A stretch of 32,000 nucleotides of DNA, from NCBI GenBank assembly GCA_041649575.1, contig JBAZMW010000003.1:60001-92000 (forward strand). The letters run 5' to 3'. The DNA comes from Patescibacteria group bacterium. Its GTDB lineage: Bacteria > Patescibacteriota > Patescibacteriia > 2-01-FULL-39-33. Positions within the stretch are counted from its first letter, which is position 1. Every line of letters begins with the position of its first letter. The notes beneath the pieces were generated by a model. The model was given only the letters and a program-made list of their open reading frames with translations. It was not told the DNA's origin and made no database searches. The translations under genes and the position numbers were made by a program. Positions 9,505 through 17,613 of this stretch are shown piece by piece.

Positions 9505-11109
9505 ATGCAAGCAATACTGGAAGCGATCGAAACCGGCCTAGTAAGGGGCTGTGGAATATCCCTGACCGAGGCGATGAGTTCGCCACGATTCGTAAAGCTG
9601 CTGGCGAGGCAAAAGACCCTCTTTGAGCGTTACCCTAAGGACACTCACCGAGGAATCGCCCTAAGAGCCGGACATCTGGTCATGGGCCAGTTACTCAACA
9701 CCATGCCGGAATCGAAAGCTTTAGCCCAAGCTCGACGGATCAAAACACCGAAGTTCGGCTGCGGTATTGAGCTGCGCGCGCTGATCCAATTCTTTGGCGA
9801 AGCGCTAATTGTCGAAGCTGGCAAGTGCCTGCCAGACGAAGTGCTTGAATTGGCCAAGGAGTGGAGAGCGGCCACGGCGGAGAGACAGATTGAAATAGTC
9901 CGAGAACTATTCTTCATCTTTCGGTCGAAGAAACAAGGCGATGACCAAGAGATCATGACCCTCGCTCACGCTGAGCAAGATCTTATCCGTAAGGCCATGG
10001 AAAAGTGGAATCGAGGGTCTGACGCGCGAGATGTTTTACCAAGACTCTATGGCAAGTGGGACAGTAATTGTCCGGCTAACTGTCAGGGTAAGACGCAATT
10101 GCTAGTCGCCTTCGCGCACCTCGCCGGAACCAAGGCAATGGTTGTCAACGCTCTAAGCGACGGAGTACATGAGCTGTGGCGGTTAAGGGGTGAGTTGGCC
10201 GACGCCATCTCTCAAGACATCAGACGGCGCGGCCTAGGCGGAGTCAGCTCGGAATTTGATGACAGCCTGGCTGGTCATCATTTCGCCGAGATTTTCAGGG
10301 AAAAGATTCGGGACTTCCATGTCGGTACGGCTTTGAGGCTAGGCGACGGGCGCTGGATCCTAATCGACCCGCACGCTCTTGCCTGGGGAGTTTTCTCTCC
10401 GCGCTGGCAGATGAACGAAACTCACCGACTGCTCCGAAAATACGCTGAAGTTTTGCCCGGACTGACGTTAACCCGCGATGATGGCGGAGAGGTCACGGAC
10501 AAAATCAAGGCTAGGGCCGAAGTGTCTTACGACTTGATCGAGCGGTCGCGAAAGCTCGAGATTTTGCTTCGCGAACAGGTTCACTCCATGTCAGACTTCA
10601 TCGACATCGTTAAGGACTCAGAAGATTTCGATTTGCTGATGCGCCTCAACGCCGAACATGAAAGAACGACTTTTGTCCCATGGACCGATCCGAAGATAAG
10701 GTTTCTCGGCGTCGCTTCTGTGGTAGCCGGTGGAATGGACAAGCTCCATGACTTTCGGGCCATGATAGACCCAAAGTACCTAGAGCAACAAATAAAGTTG
10801 TGGCTATCATTCTACCACTGCGTGGCGGCCAATCACTTAGCGAACCAACTGGGTGACAATGGCGAGTTGGTCCATCTGGTTTGCGAGTTCAACGCCAGCC
10901 CGGAATACTATTTGGCACTGTCGGCGACCAACAGCATCATCGTGCGAGAAGATGAAGAGTCGGAATCGTTCTTCATTGATTACGGTTTCGACCAGCTCAC
11001 TCTTTATAACACGATGATCCGGCGAAAGGAAGCGGCGGTCGCGGCGGCGGAGGTCGTCAAAACTCTGCCGTTTGTGCATGAGAATATGCGCACCAGATTT
11101 GGAATCTAA
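9505..11109 (+). CDS. Uncharacterised protein with a probable transglutaminase-like (papain-fold) core
   Basis: GGGGGAGG Shine-Dalgarno upstream. Candidate Cys/His/Asp triad: NCQGKTQLLVAFAHLAGTKAMVV and FHVGTALRLGDGRWILIDPHALAWG. Confidence 0.72.
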   Translation: MQAILEAIETGLVRGCGISLTEAMSSPRFVKLLARQKTLFERYPKDTHRGIALRAGHLVMGQLLNTMPESKALAQARRIKTPKFGCGIELRALIQFFGEALIVEAGKCLPDEVLELAKEWRAATAERQIEIVRELFFIFRSKKQGDDQEIMTLAHAEQDLIRKAMEKWNRGSDARDVLPRLYGKWDSNCPANCQGKTQLLVAFAHLAGTKAMVVNALSDGVHELWRLRGELADAISQDIRRRGLGGVSSEFDDSLAGHHFAEIFREKIRDFHVGTALRLGDGRWILIDPHALAWGVFSPRWQMNETHRLLRKYAEVLPGLTLTRDDGGEVTDKIKARAEVSYDLIERSRKLEILLREQVHSMSDFIDIVKDSEDFDLLMRLNAEHERTTFVPWTDPKIRFLGVASVVAGGMDKLHDFRAMIDPKYLEQQIKLWLSFYHCVAANHLANQLGDNGELVHLVCEFNASPEYYLALSATNSIIVREDEESESFFIDYGFDQLTLYNTMIRRKEAAVAAAEVVKTLPFVHENMRTRFGI

Positions 11110-11151
11110 CGGCGGAAAAACAACGAGAGACGAGAGGAGGTGCAGACAGAT

Positions 11152-11442
11152 ATGATAGACACAAGGAGCTTTTCGCGAGAAGCCAAGGAATTGATGCGCC
11201 TGTGCCCTGTAAGTGAACACAGCGGGGAACCCACTGGTACGGACATCTCCACGGTAATTGCCGAACACCCCGAGCTCGTTTCAGGACTCTCCCAATATGT
11301 TTCCTGGGTCCGGGAGGTGGGCATGGCCATTGCGGAAACAACGACAACTCCGGCGATTGGCCACCCGGTTGCCAAGACTGTCCGGAAGGTACAGGCCCAC
11401 GCCAGCGACGGCGACAAACCGAAATCCGAACCCCGCACCTAG
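11152..11442 (+). CDS. Small uncharacterised protein (96 aa), likely cotranscribed with the 9505-11109 gene
   Basis: AGGAGG at 11135-11140 precedes ATG at 11152, starting 43 nt after the upstream stop; a terminator follows. The ORF track starts at the alternative GTG 11140. Confidence 0.62.
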   Translation: MIDTRSFSREAKELMRLCPVSEHSGEPTGTDISTVIAEHPELVSGLSQYVSWVREVGMAIAETTTTPAIGHPVAKTVRKVQAHASDGDKPKSEPRT

Positions 11443-11466
11443 TTGCGGGCGTACACAACACACAAA

Positions 11467-11505
11467 GCCCTGTCCGGCAGTAATGGACAGGGCTTCTTAA
11501 TTTTT
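11467..11505 (+). terminator. Rho-independent terminator
   Basis: Perfect stem GCCCTGTCC (11467-11475) / GGACAGGGC (11485-11493), followed by TTCTTAATTTTT. Confidence 0.85.
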
Positions 11506-11532
11506 AGAAAAACAAATTTGTCAAAAACTAAC

Positions 11533-14295
11533 TTATTCCTTCTCCCCCCTTCTAACATCAACCTTGCCTTTTTCGTCAAAAACAATCACGTCCCGGCGGG
11601 ACAAACGTTTTTGTAAAATATAGTTGGCTAAAACATCATCGACTTTCTCCTGAATCACCCGGCGCAATGGTCGGGCGCCAAAAACCGGGTCGAAGCCGGC
11701 GACGGACAGCTCTTCAATAAAAGAATCCGTGGCCTCCAGACCCAAACCGCGCTCCTCCAAAGTCTTGGCCACCCTAAGCAGCATCAGCCGGGCAATGCTC
11801 TTTACTTCCTCCCTGGTTAAAGGTTTGAAGATAATAATACCGTCAAAACGGTTAAGAAATTCCGGACGAAAATAAGCCAATAATTTATCATTGACCAAAT
11901 CGTCTTTAACCGATTCCACCTCCTTGCCGGCGCGAACCTGCTCTTGAATAAAAGGAGTGCAAGCATTGGAAGTGGCGATAATAATGGTGTTGGTAAAATC
12001 AATCAGCCGGCCGCGGCCATCGGTCAAACGGCCGTCATCCATCACCTGCAAAAAAATATTTAAGATGTTAAGATCGGCTTTTTCTATCTCGTCCAACAAA
12101 ACCAGGGAAAAGGGATTTTTTCTAACCGCTTCGGTCAAATGGCCCGGAGAATCCTCGGTGCCGATCAACCGATTAAGACTGGCCGTCTCCTGGTATTCTG
12201 ACATATCCAGGCGAATCATGTTTTTCTCATTGCCGAAATAAACTTCGGCCACGGCTTTGGCCAGCTCGGTCTTGCCGACACCAGTCGGACCCAAAAACAT
12301 CAGATTGGTAATTGGGCGCTTGGTGCTTCTAAGTTCGGTACGAGCACGGCGCAAAGCGGTGGAGACCATTTTAACCGCTTCGTTCTGGCCAACAATACGC
12401 TCGTGAATACGCGCTTCCAGATTTAATAGTTTTTCGCTTTCTTCCTGGGTGACTTCGGTGGCCGGTATGTTGGTAAGCTGGGAAATTATTTCGGCCACAT
12501 CCTCGCCGGTGACCACCGTCCTCTTGCCTCTGGTTTTGCTGGCCATGGTAGCCGCTTCCTCCAAAACGCTAATCGCTTTGCTGGGCAGAAATTTGTCATG
12601 AATAAAGCGGCTGGACAAATCAACGGCTTTTTCTATAGCTTCGTAGGTCAGAAAAACCCGATTGCTGTATTCGATTATTCCTGATTTTAGTTCCAAAACT
12701 TGAATCGCGCCGTCGCGGCTGACTTCCGGCACCTTAACCAGCTTGAAAACATCGTTTAAAACATTGTTGCCTTCAATGTATCTGCCATAGTCTCCGACCG
12801 TGGCGGTGGTAAAGCACAAAAAGTTGCCATTTAGCAGATATTTGGCGAAAATTTCCGAAAGATCCAGACTCTCTTCTTCGCCGGTGGTGATGCCAATCAA
12901 TTCTCTGATATTCTCCACCACCAAAATGATATTTTTAGCGCGAATAATTTCCTCCATCACTCTGATTAACCGTTCTTGAGCCTTGTCGGGCGTGGTGCCG
13001 CCAATCAAACTGGCGATATTCAAACTCATTAAGCGCTTGTCCTGCATGCTTTGGGGCACCTCCTCGGTCACCATTTTTTGGGCGATGCCCTCTATAATCG
13101 CCGATTTACCCACCCCGGGCTCGCCAACTAAAATGACATTACGCTGGCCGCCGCTCTCAATCGCGCGAAAAATTTCTTCTAGTTCCTTATCGCGGCCAAT
13201 GCAAGGGACAAAATAGCCGTATTTGGCCAAAGTGGTCAAATTCTGGCTGAAATGATCCAAAAATGGCGTGGCCAAAGCCGTCATGGCTCGATCGATATCG
13301 CCCCTGGGCTTAAAACGCGAGGCCGACCTGAAATGCAACCAGTTTTCCATTAAAATCTGCTGGAAACCCTGCCACATGACGACATTATTGATTTTATTCA
13401 AATCGGCTTCAAAATCATACATGATATTAGAGACGGTTTCATCGAGCTGGCAAGCGACATAAAACAAATCTATTACCTCCACTCGATGACGATTTTGTAA
13501 ATAGGCATTTTGATAAGCCCCGAGTAGAATTTTTCTAATCTTTAAAGAAATACCGGTCTTTTGACCGACTGGTAACTTGGCTAAAGCTTTAGCTAGTTTT
13601 TCTTCCAGTAGTTCCCGGCTGATGCCCAGACGACCAATAATCAAGGCGACTTTAGAAAATGACAAGAGCGAGGCCAATAGGTGAACCGGCTCGATCTCAT
13701 GATGTTTTAATTTCCTGGCCAATAAATAAGAACGGTTCACGGCCAGCCAAGCATCGTGGACATAGGAAAAAGAGACGTCGATTTTTCTTTTTTTGTCTAA
13801 TTGTTTGAAAAAAGAAAAATTACCAATCCTTTCACTGGCCAATAAATTGTCATCGGCCGATTGGTATTTTTTTTCTTTGATCTTTTTCTGCCGGTCGGCC
13901 TCGCGGCTCAAACGATAAAAAAGATAGAGGTCGGTTACCAGACTTAGCCAAAAAACAGAAGCCCAAAAACCCTCCAAAAACAACAGATTGGTCTGAGGCG
14001 ACAGCGGGCTAGTTCCCCAAATCAGCCGCAGCTGCCAAATCAGAGAAATAATACCAACAGCTCCAAAAACCCAAAGCAGACTGTTTATAATTATTTTAAA
14101 AATGTTTCGGATCTGATTTTCTAAAACCGCCGAAGAGTTTATGCTTTTGCCCCAAAACAACAAAACGTCGCCCAGCCACAGGCCAAGCGAGCGTCCTTGG
14201 CAGACAGGACACGGCGCTCCGTTTACTTCTCCCCTGCCTTGGCAAGAAGAGCAAAGTAAATAATCCAATTTTTTTTCGTTTGTTTTAGCCGACAT
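11533..14295 (-). CDS. Clp-family double-AAA+ ATPase with N-terminal CxxCxGxG-like zinc motif and two predicted TM segments
   Basis: CSSCQGRGEVNGAPCPVCQGR; hydrophobic SLLWVFGAVGIISLIW and GFWASVFWLSLVTDLYLFY; Walker A GEPGVGKS and GPTGVGKT; second Walker B LVLLDEIEKAD; FRPEFLNRFD; C-terminal D2-small-like region. Confidence 0.9.
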   Translation of the reverse strand: MSAKTNEKKLDYLLCSSCQGRGEVNGAPCPVCQGRSLGLWLGDVLLFWGKSINSSAVLENQIRNIFKIIINSLLWVFGAVGIISLIWQLRLIWGTSPLSPQTNLLFLEGFWASVFWLSLVTDLYLFYRLSREADRQKKIKEKKYQSADDNLLASERIGNFSFFKQLDKKRKIDVSFSYVHDAWLAVNRSYLLARKLKHHEIEPVHLLASLLSFSKVALIIGRLGISRELLEEKLAKALAKLPVGQKTGISLKIRKILLGAYQNAYLQNRHRVEVIDLFYVACQLDETVSNIMYDFEADLNKINNVVMWQGFQQILMENWLHFRSASRFKPRGDIDRAMTALATPFLDHFSQNLTTLAKYGYFVPCIGRDKELEEIFRAIESGGQRNVILVGEPGVGKSAIIEGIAQKMVTEEVPQSMQDKRLMSLNIASLIGGTTPDKAQERLIRVMEEIIRAKNIILVVENIRELIGITTGEEESLDLSEIFAKYLLNGNFLCFTTATVGDYGRYIEGNNVLNDVFKLVKVPEVSRDGAIQVLELKSGIIEYSNRVFLTYEAIEKAVDLSSRFIHDKFLPSKAISVLEEAATMASKTRGKRTVVTGEDVAEIISQLTNIPATEVTQEESEKLLNLEARIHERIVGQNEAVKMVSTALRRARTELRSTKRPITNLMFLGPTGVGKTELAKAVAEVYFGNEKNMIRLDMSEYQETASLNRLIGTEDSPGHLTEAVRKNPFSLVLLDEIEKADLNILNIFLQVMDDGRLTDGRGRLIDFTNTIIIATSNACTPFIQEQVRAGKEVESVKDDLVNDKLLAYFRPEFLNRFDGIIIFKPLTREEVKSIARLMLLRVAKTLEERGLGLEATDSFIEELSVAGFDPVFGARPLRRVIQEKVDDVLANYILQKRLSRRDVIVFDEKGKVDVRRGEKE

Positions 14296-14305
14296 TTAAA
14301 ATAGC

Positions 14306-14671
14306 TTAAAATAATAAAGTTATAAATTTATAGACAACCATCAGAGGCAGGGCTAGCCAGCCCAGAAATAAACAAAAAATTAAAAGCGCCCAAATTGCCA
14401 GCGCCAGGGCGCGAAAAACAATTTGGACCAAACGCATGAAAAAACTGATTAGCCGACCCTGCCAATCGGTTTGGCTGTACATCGGCTGGAAAAGATTGAC
14501 AAGCCAAACGCGGACGCCGATAGTTCTTTCACCGTTTAAAAATTTTTGCCAGAAAAACAGACCGGTTTTTTTGGCGCCGACGGTGTACCACCAAAAAGGG
14601 AAATAAACCGCGTCCAAAAACACCTCCAGAAAAACTGATTTAATTGGGCCTAAAACAATGCCTTTGAGCAT
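14306..14671 (-). CDS. Small multipass membrane protein, uncharacterised
   Basis: Several hydrophobic stretches (e.g. IVFRALALAIWALLIFCLFLGWLALPLMVVYKF); 10 nt upstream of the Clp-like gene on the same strand. Confidence 0.6.
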   Translation of the reverse strand: MLKGIVLGPIKSVFLEVFLDAVYFPFWWYTVGAKKTGLFFWQKFLNGERTIGVRVWLVNLFQPMYSQTDWQGRLISFFMRLVQIVFRALALAIWALLIFCLFLGWLALPLMVVYKFITLLF

Positions 14672-14704
14672 ACAGATGGTTATATTATAACATTTTCGAG
14701 AGAA

Positions 14705-15724
14705 TTAAAAAACCCGTTCTAACTTATATAGCCAATAATAATTTAATAATCTCTCACGCACCTTATGACCATTGCCGTGGCTTAACAGCCCTAAATATGA
14801 TTGCAAAGTCGCGTTAGTCGGACTAATCTTAATTCTATTTATGGACTTTCTCTTGGTGGTATTCCGCAATACCCGATGGTCAGTAAAATGAACCCAACCA
14901 AGATAATCAACTCCCGAGGCCATTGTTCTTATGGATATTTTATTGGGATGAAGAGTGAGCTTTAATTCCTTAGACAAAAATTGACCTATTTCTGGTAATA
15001 TTTTTTCTAGATACTCTTTGTCGTCATTGAGAACCATAAAATCATCGGCATAGCGCAAGTAATATTTCACTTTTAATTTATGTTTTACCCATTGATCAAA
15101 ATCATTCATGTAGACATTGGCCAGTAGTTGCGAAGTGAGATTGCCAAGTGGCAGCCCGATATCCTGGCCGTAAATCTTACTATCATAACTCTCAATTACC
15201 TCGTCGAGCAGACTCATAATATCTCGGTCGGGAATATAGCGGGATAAGCTATCCATAAGGATTTTATGATCGATACTGTCAAAAAATTTCCTGATGTCAC
15301 ATTTCAAAACCCAGCAGGTGCGAGAGTGATTTTTGCTTGTTTTGTAGGCCAAAGCACGGAATCTGTTCATCGCTTTATGCATTCCCTTATCATTGCGGCA
15401 AGAGAAAGAATCGGCGATAAAAGTCCTGTCAAAAAAGGGATAAAGAATTCGATAGATAGTATGATGAATCAAGCGGTCGCGGACGCTGGCTTTGTGGATA
15501 TGCCGACGCTTAGGATCGGTTATATAGAAATCAACATAGCCGCCATGACAGTATGTTCGATTGGCCAAATCCTCGTTTAATGATAAAATATTGTCGAGCA
15601 GGTTACGAGAAAATATTTGGACGTCCAGCTTCATTTTTTTGCCAACGATAAATTCTCGCCACGCGGAAAATAAATTTTCTAAATCAATAATCGAATTATA
15701 GTTATGGCTCAGTTGGATTTTCAT
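14705..15724 (-). CDS. Reverse transcriptase of a diversity-generating retroelement
   Basis: WVLKCDIRKFFDSIDH, GLPLGNLTSQLLANVYMNDFD (SQ instead of group II intron SP), YYLRYADDFMVL, SYLGLLSHGNGHKVRE. ATG 15724 preceded by AAAGGA is preferred over the 15784 start in the ORF track. Confidence 0.95.
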   Translation of the reverse strand: MKIQLSHNYNSIIDLENLFSAWREFIVGKKMKLDVQIFSRNLLDNILSLNEDLANRTYCHGGYVDFYITDPKRRHIHKASVRDRLIHHTIYRILYPFFDRTFIADSFSCRNDKGMHKAMNRFRALAYKTSKNHSRTCWVLKCDIRKFFDSIDHKILMDSLSRYIPDRDIMSLLDEVIESYDSKIYGQDIGLPLGNLTSQLLANVYMNDFDQWVKHKLKVKYYLRYADDFMVLNDDKEYLEKILPEIGQFLSKELKLTLHPNKISIRTMASGVDYLGWVHFTDHRVLRNTTKRKSINRIKISPTNATLQSYLGLLSHGNGHKVRERLLNYYWLYKLERVF

Positions 15725-16096
15725 AATAATTCCTTTAAGTCCCCCCCCCCAACGGGTTTTGATAATTTTCCAATTTTGACGCAATTAAAGGAAGGGTATA
15801 AATTGTGGCACGGCTTCTTAAATCGCCTGCCTCGCACTACGCGCTATACTCTGGGGACAAAAATCGATAATATCTTTACGGATTTAATTGCCACCGCCTT
15901 AACCGCCAAGTTTGCCAGACAAGATGAAAAAATTATCAGGCTAAAACAAATCAGCGAGGGTCTTGATCATCTCAAATACTTTCTGACGATACTGTGGGAA
16001 ATAAAAGGGATAGACAGTGGCAAACTCTCCGCTTTGGGCAGTCGTCTGGCTGCCGTCGGAAAAATGGTCGGCGGATTACTCAAGTCAATTTCATAA
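15704..16096 (+). CDS. avd: Avd-like DGR accessory protein (four-helix bundle); start codon uncertain
   Basis: FPILTQLKEGYKLWHGFLNRLPRTTRYTLGTKIDNIFTDLIATALTAKFARQDEKIIRLKQISEGLDHLKYFLTILWEI...LAAVGKMVGGLLKS has the Avd/23S-IVP-like pattern; encoded on the opposite strand to the RT. Confidence 0.85.
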   Translation: MAQLDFHNNSFKSPPPTGFDNFPILTQLKEGYKLWHGFLNRLPRTTRYTLGTKIDNIFTDLIATALTAKFARQDEKIIRLKQISEGLDHLKYFLTILWEIKGIDSGKLSALGSRLAAVGKMVGGLLKSIS

Positions 16097-16135
16097 AAAG
16101 GAAAAGAAGGTCTCAAAAACCTTCTTTTCCTTTTT
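16095..16135. terminator. Perfect 17-bp inverted repeat with 7-nt loop, candidate bidirectional terminator between avd and TR
   Basis: AAAAAGGAAAAGAAGGT (16095-16111) / ACCTTCTTTTCCTTTTT (16119-16135), with T tracts on either strand. Confidence 0.8.
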
Positions 16136-16148
16136 ATTTTCACATCAT

Positions 16149-16256
16149 CAGGAGCACGAAGCCGATATTGTCGTTGCCATTCTCGTCCCAGTTGTTGCAG
16201 TTGAGCCCGTTGTCGTCGAAGTTGCCAGCAATGAGACGATTGCCGTCGTTCAAGGT
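16149..16256 (-). repeat. DGR template repeat (TR), 108 nt
   Basis: Minus strand ACCTTGAACGACGGCAATCGTCTCATTGCTGGCAACTTCGACGACAACGGGCTCAACTGCAACAACTGGGACGAGAATGGCAACGACAATATCGGCTTCGTGCTCCTG; aligns without gaps to 16707-16814 and is rich in AAC/AAT. Confidence 0.96.
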
Positions 16257-16494
16257 CAATCAATAGTTGTGAATATTGTCTTCCAAAACACCGCCCATTG
16301 AGTTCTCTCTGGGCTGAACCGTATTTGGGGTCATGAGCCCACCAACAATAAACACGGGGTGTGAAAAATGTCCTTGGGATAATTTCCTTGCTCTGGCGCG
16401 ATCCTTAGACAACGCCATTCGGAAGAATAAATTACCTTGTTCTGCGGGCTGGCGTCCGTGGAGACCAGCTAAGTTTAACTTCGCAGTAATGGTA

Positions 16495-16523
16495 ATTATA
16501 TCACAATCGAAAATTTTTATGAA
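16495..16523 (-). promoter_or_regulatory. Candidate promoter for the TR RNA
   Basis: Minus strand TTCATA-N17-TATAAT (-10 at 16495-16500), about 240 nt upstream of the TR. Confidence 0.45.
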
Positions 16524-16601
16524 GATAGATATCTGCATTAGCTCCTCGGCTCGAAAATTTAAAAGATTACTTTTACATTTCTCTCGCTCTACGTCGCTTA
16601 T

Positions 16602-16633
16602 AAAAAAGAGAGGCCTCGGTGCGATGACCAAGG
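16602..16633 (-). terminator. Candidate terminator downstream of the DGR target gene
   Basis: Minus strand CCTTGGT-CATCGC-ACCGAGG followed by CCTCTCTTTTTT. Confidence 0.55.
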
Positions 16634-16657
16634 TCTCAAGTGTCCAAGTGTCCAACA

Positions 16658-16681
16658 ATCCGAGGCGAGAGCGCCAAGGAT
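16658..16681 (-). repeat. Hairpin/cruciform-forming inverted repeat just downstream of VR
   Basis: Minus strand ATCCTTGGCG-CTCT-CGCCTCGGAT: 8 of 10 pairs with a 4-nt loop, starting 1 nt after the target stop codon. Confidence 0.65.
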
Positions 16682-16682
16682 C

Positions 16683-17411
16683 CTACTTACCGAGCTTCTC
16701 CACCCCCAGGAGCACGAAGCCGATCATGCCGTCGCCACCCTCGCCCCAGTCGCGGCAGCGGAGCCCGACGCCGCCGAAGCCGCCAGCAATGAGACGACTG
16801 CCGTCGCGCAAGGTGTCAGACGCCATGTAGAGACGATTCAGCGGTACACGTTCGCCCGTACGCTTGAAATGCGCGAGGATAAGAGCGAACTGAAGCTGAA
16901 TCGAGCCGAATGTTGTGGCGTGATTACCGGGCAATTCGTAGCGCTGTTTGAGTTCGGCGCGGTGCTTTTCCATCGCTTTGATGTTCTTACCCGTGCTGTT
17001 TTCTGCCAGGCGAGGAATCCAGAACACCAAGCAATCGTCGGTGGGGTTGTCGTTGAAATTCCAGCTCTGGAGGTAGCCGAGATTCTCGTAGCAAGGACCG
17101 ACAATCGGGGCGTGCTTCTTCAACGTGAAGCCCTGCTTGATAAGCCATACAACAGGCCCCGTGTAGCCCATCAGAGCCGCCAGTTTACGCCAGGGGGCGA
17201 GACGGTCTGTGAACTGTGGGAACTGCTCCAGCATCTTACTATCGGATAAGGGAATGGCGAAAGTATTCGCGATTTCTTCTTGCACGAGTGCGGCGAGGAA
17301 CTCTTTCACCTTTCCTGGCTTATCGGCAAAAACCGACATCTCTTCATCGCTGAGGCCATTAAGTGTGGCCAATACCGATACTGCACTTGCCTTACGGTCT
17401 GTCGTCTTCAT
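16683..17411 (-). CDS. DGR target (variable) protein with a C-terminal C-type-lectin/FGE-like variable region
   Basis: C-terminus LYMASDTLRDGSRLIAGGFGGVGLRCRDWGEGGDGMIGFVLLGVEKLGK contains the VR-encoded segment. Confidence 0.92.
   Translation of the reverse strand: MKTTDRKASAVSVLATLNGLSDEEMSVFADKPGKVKEFLAALVQEEIANTFAIPLSDSKMLEQFPQFTDRLAPWRKLAALMGYTGPVVWLIKQGFTLKKHAPIVGPCYENLGYLQSWNFNDNPTDDCLVFWIPRLAENSTGKNIKAMEKHRAELKQRYELPGNHATTFGSIQLQFALILAHFKRTGERVPLNRLYMASDTLRDGSRLIAGGFGGVGLRCRDWGEGGDGMIGFVLLGVEKLGK
16707..16814 (-). repeat. DGR variable repeat (VR), 108 nt
   Basis: Gapless alignment to TR 16149-16256: 87/108 identical, 21 mismatches, 20 at positions that are adenine in the TR sense strand. 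Confidence 0.96.
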
Positions 17412-17613
17412 AACTTGCCTTTCTGCCTACCTGAGGCAGTATTCCCAACCACCATGGCCGAGAAAAAGATGGGGCATTCAGTGGTCCCAACTTTCTTTCT
17501 GCATAATTTACCCTGTAGGAATAGGCACTCAAATTCCACAGGGTTTATCTTAAATTAAACAAAAAGAAAGCTGGAACCTAAAACTTATCAATATATTAAT
17601 GAACTAATAATAT

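Noticed and set aside
10837-11463. Overlapping minus-strand ORFs in the 9.5-11.5 kb cassette
   Set aside because: The promoter, SD sites and terminator all point to plus-strand genes; the GC-rich antisense frames are open by chance.
14705-15724. RT as group II intron maturase or retron RT
   Set aside because: The motif is LTSQ rather than group II SP, no intron domain V or X/HNH domain is visible, and the TR/VR pair with adenine-biased differences fits a DGR.
16260-16658. Minus-strand 132-aa ORF between TR and VR as a second target or Avd
   Set aside because: No VR-like repeat, no recognisable fold and no strong SD. The real Avd-like sequence is at 15704-16096. Kept only as an unexplained region.
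16333-16830. Plus-strand 165-aa ORF overlapping VR and target gene
   Set aside because: It is antisense to the well-supported target/VR and probably reflects GC-rich complementary codon composition.
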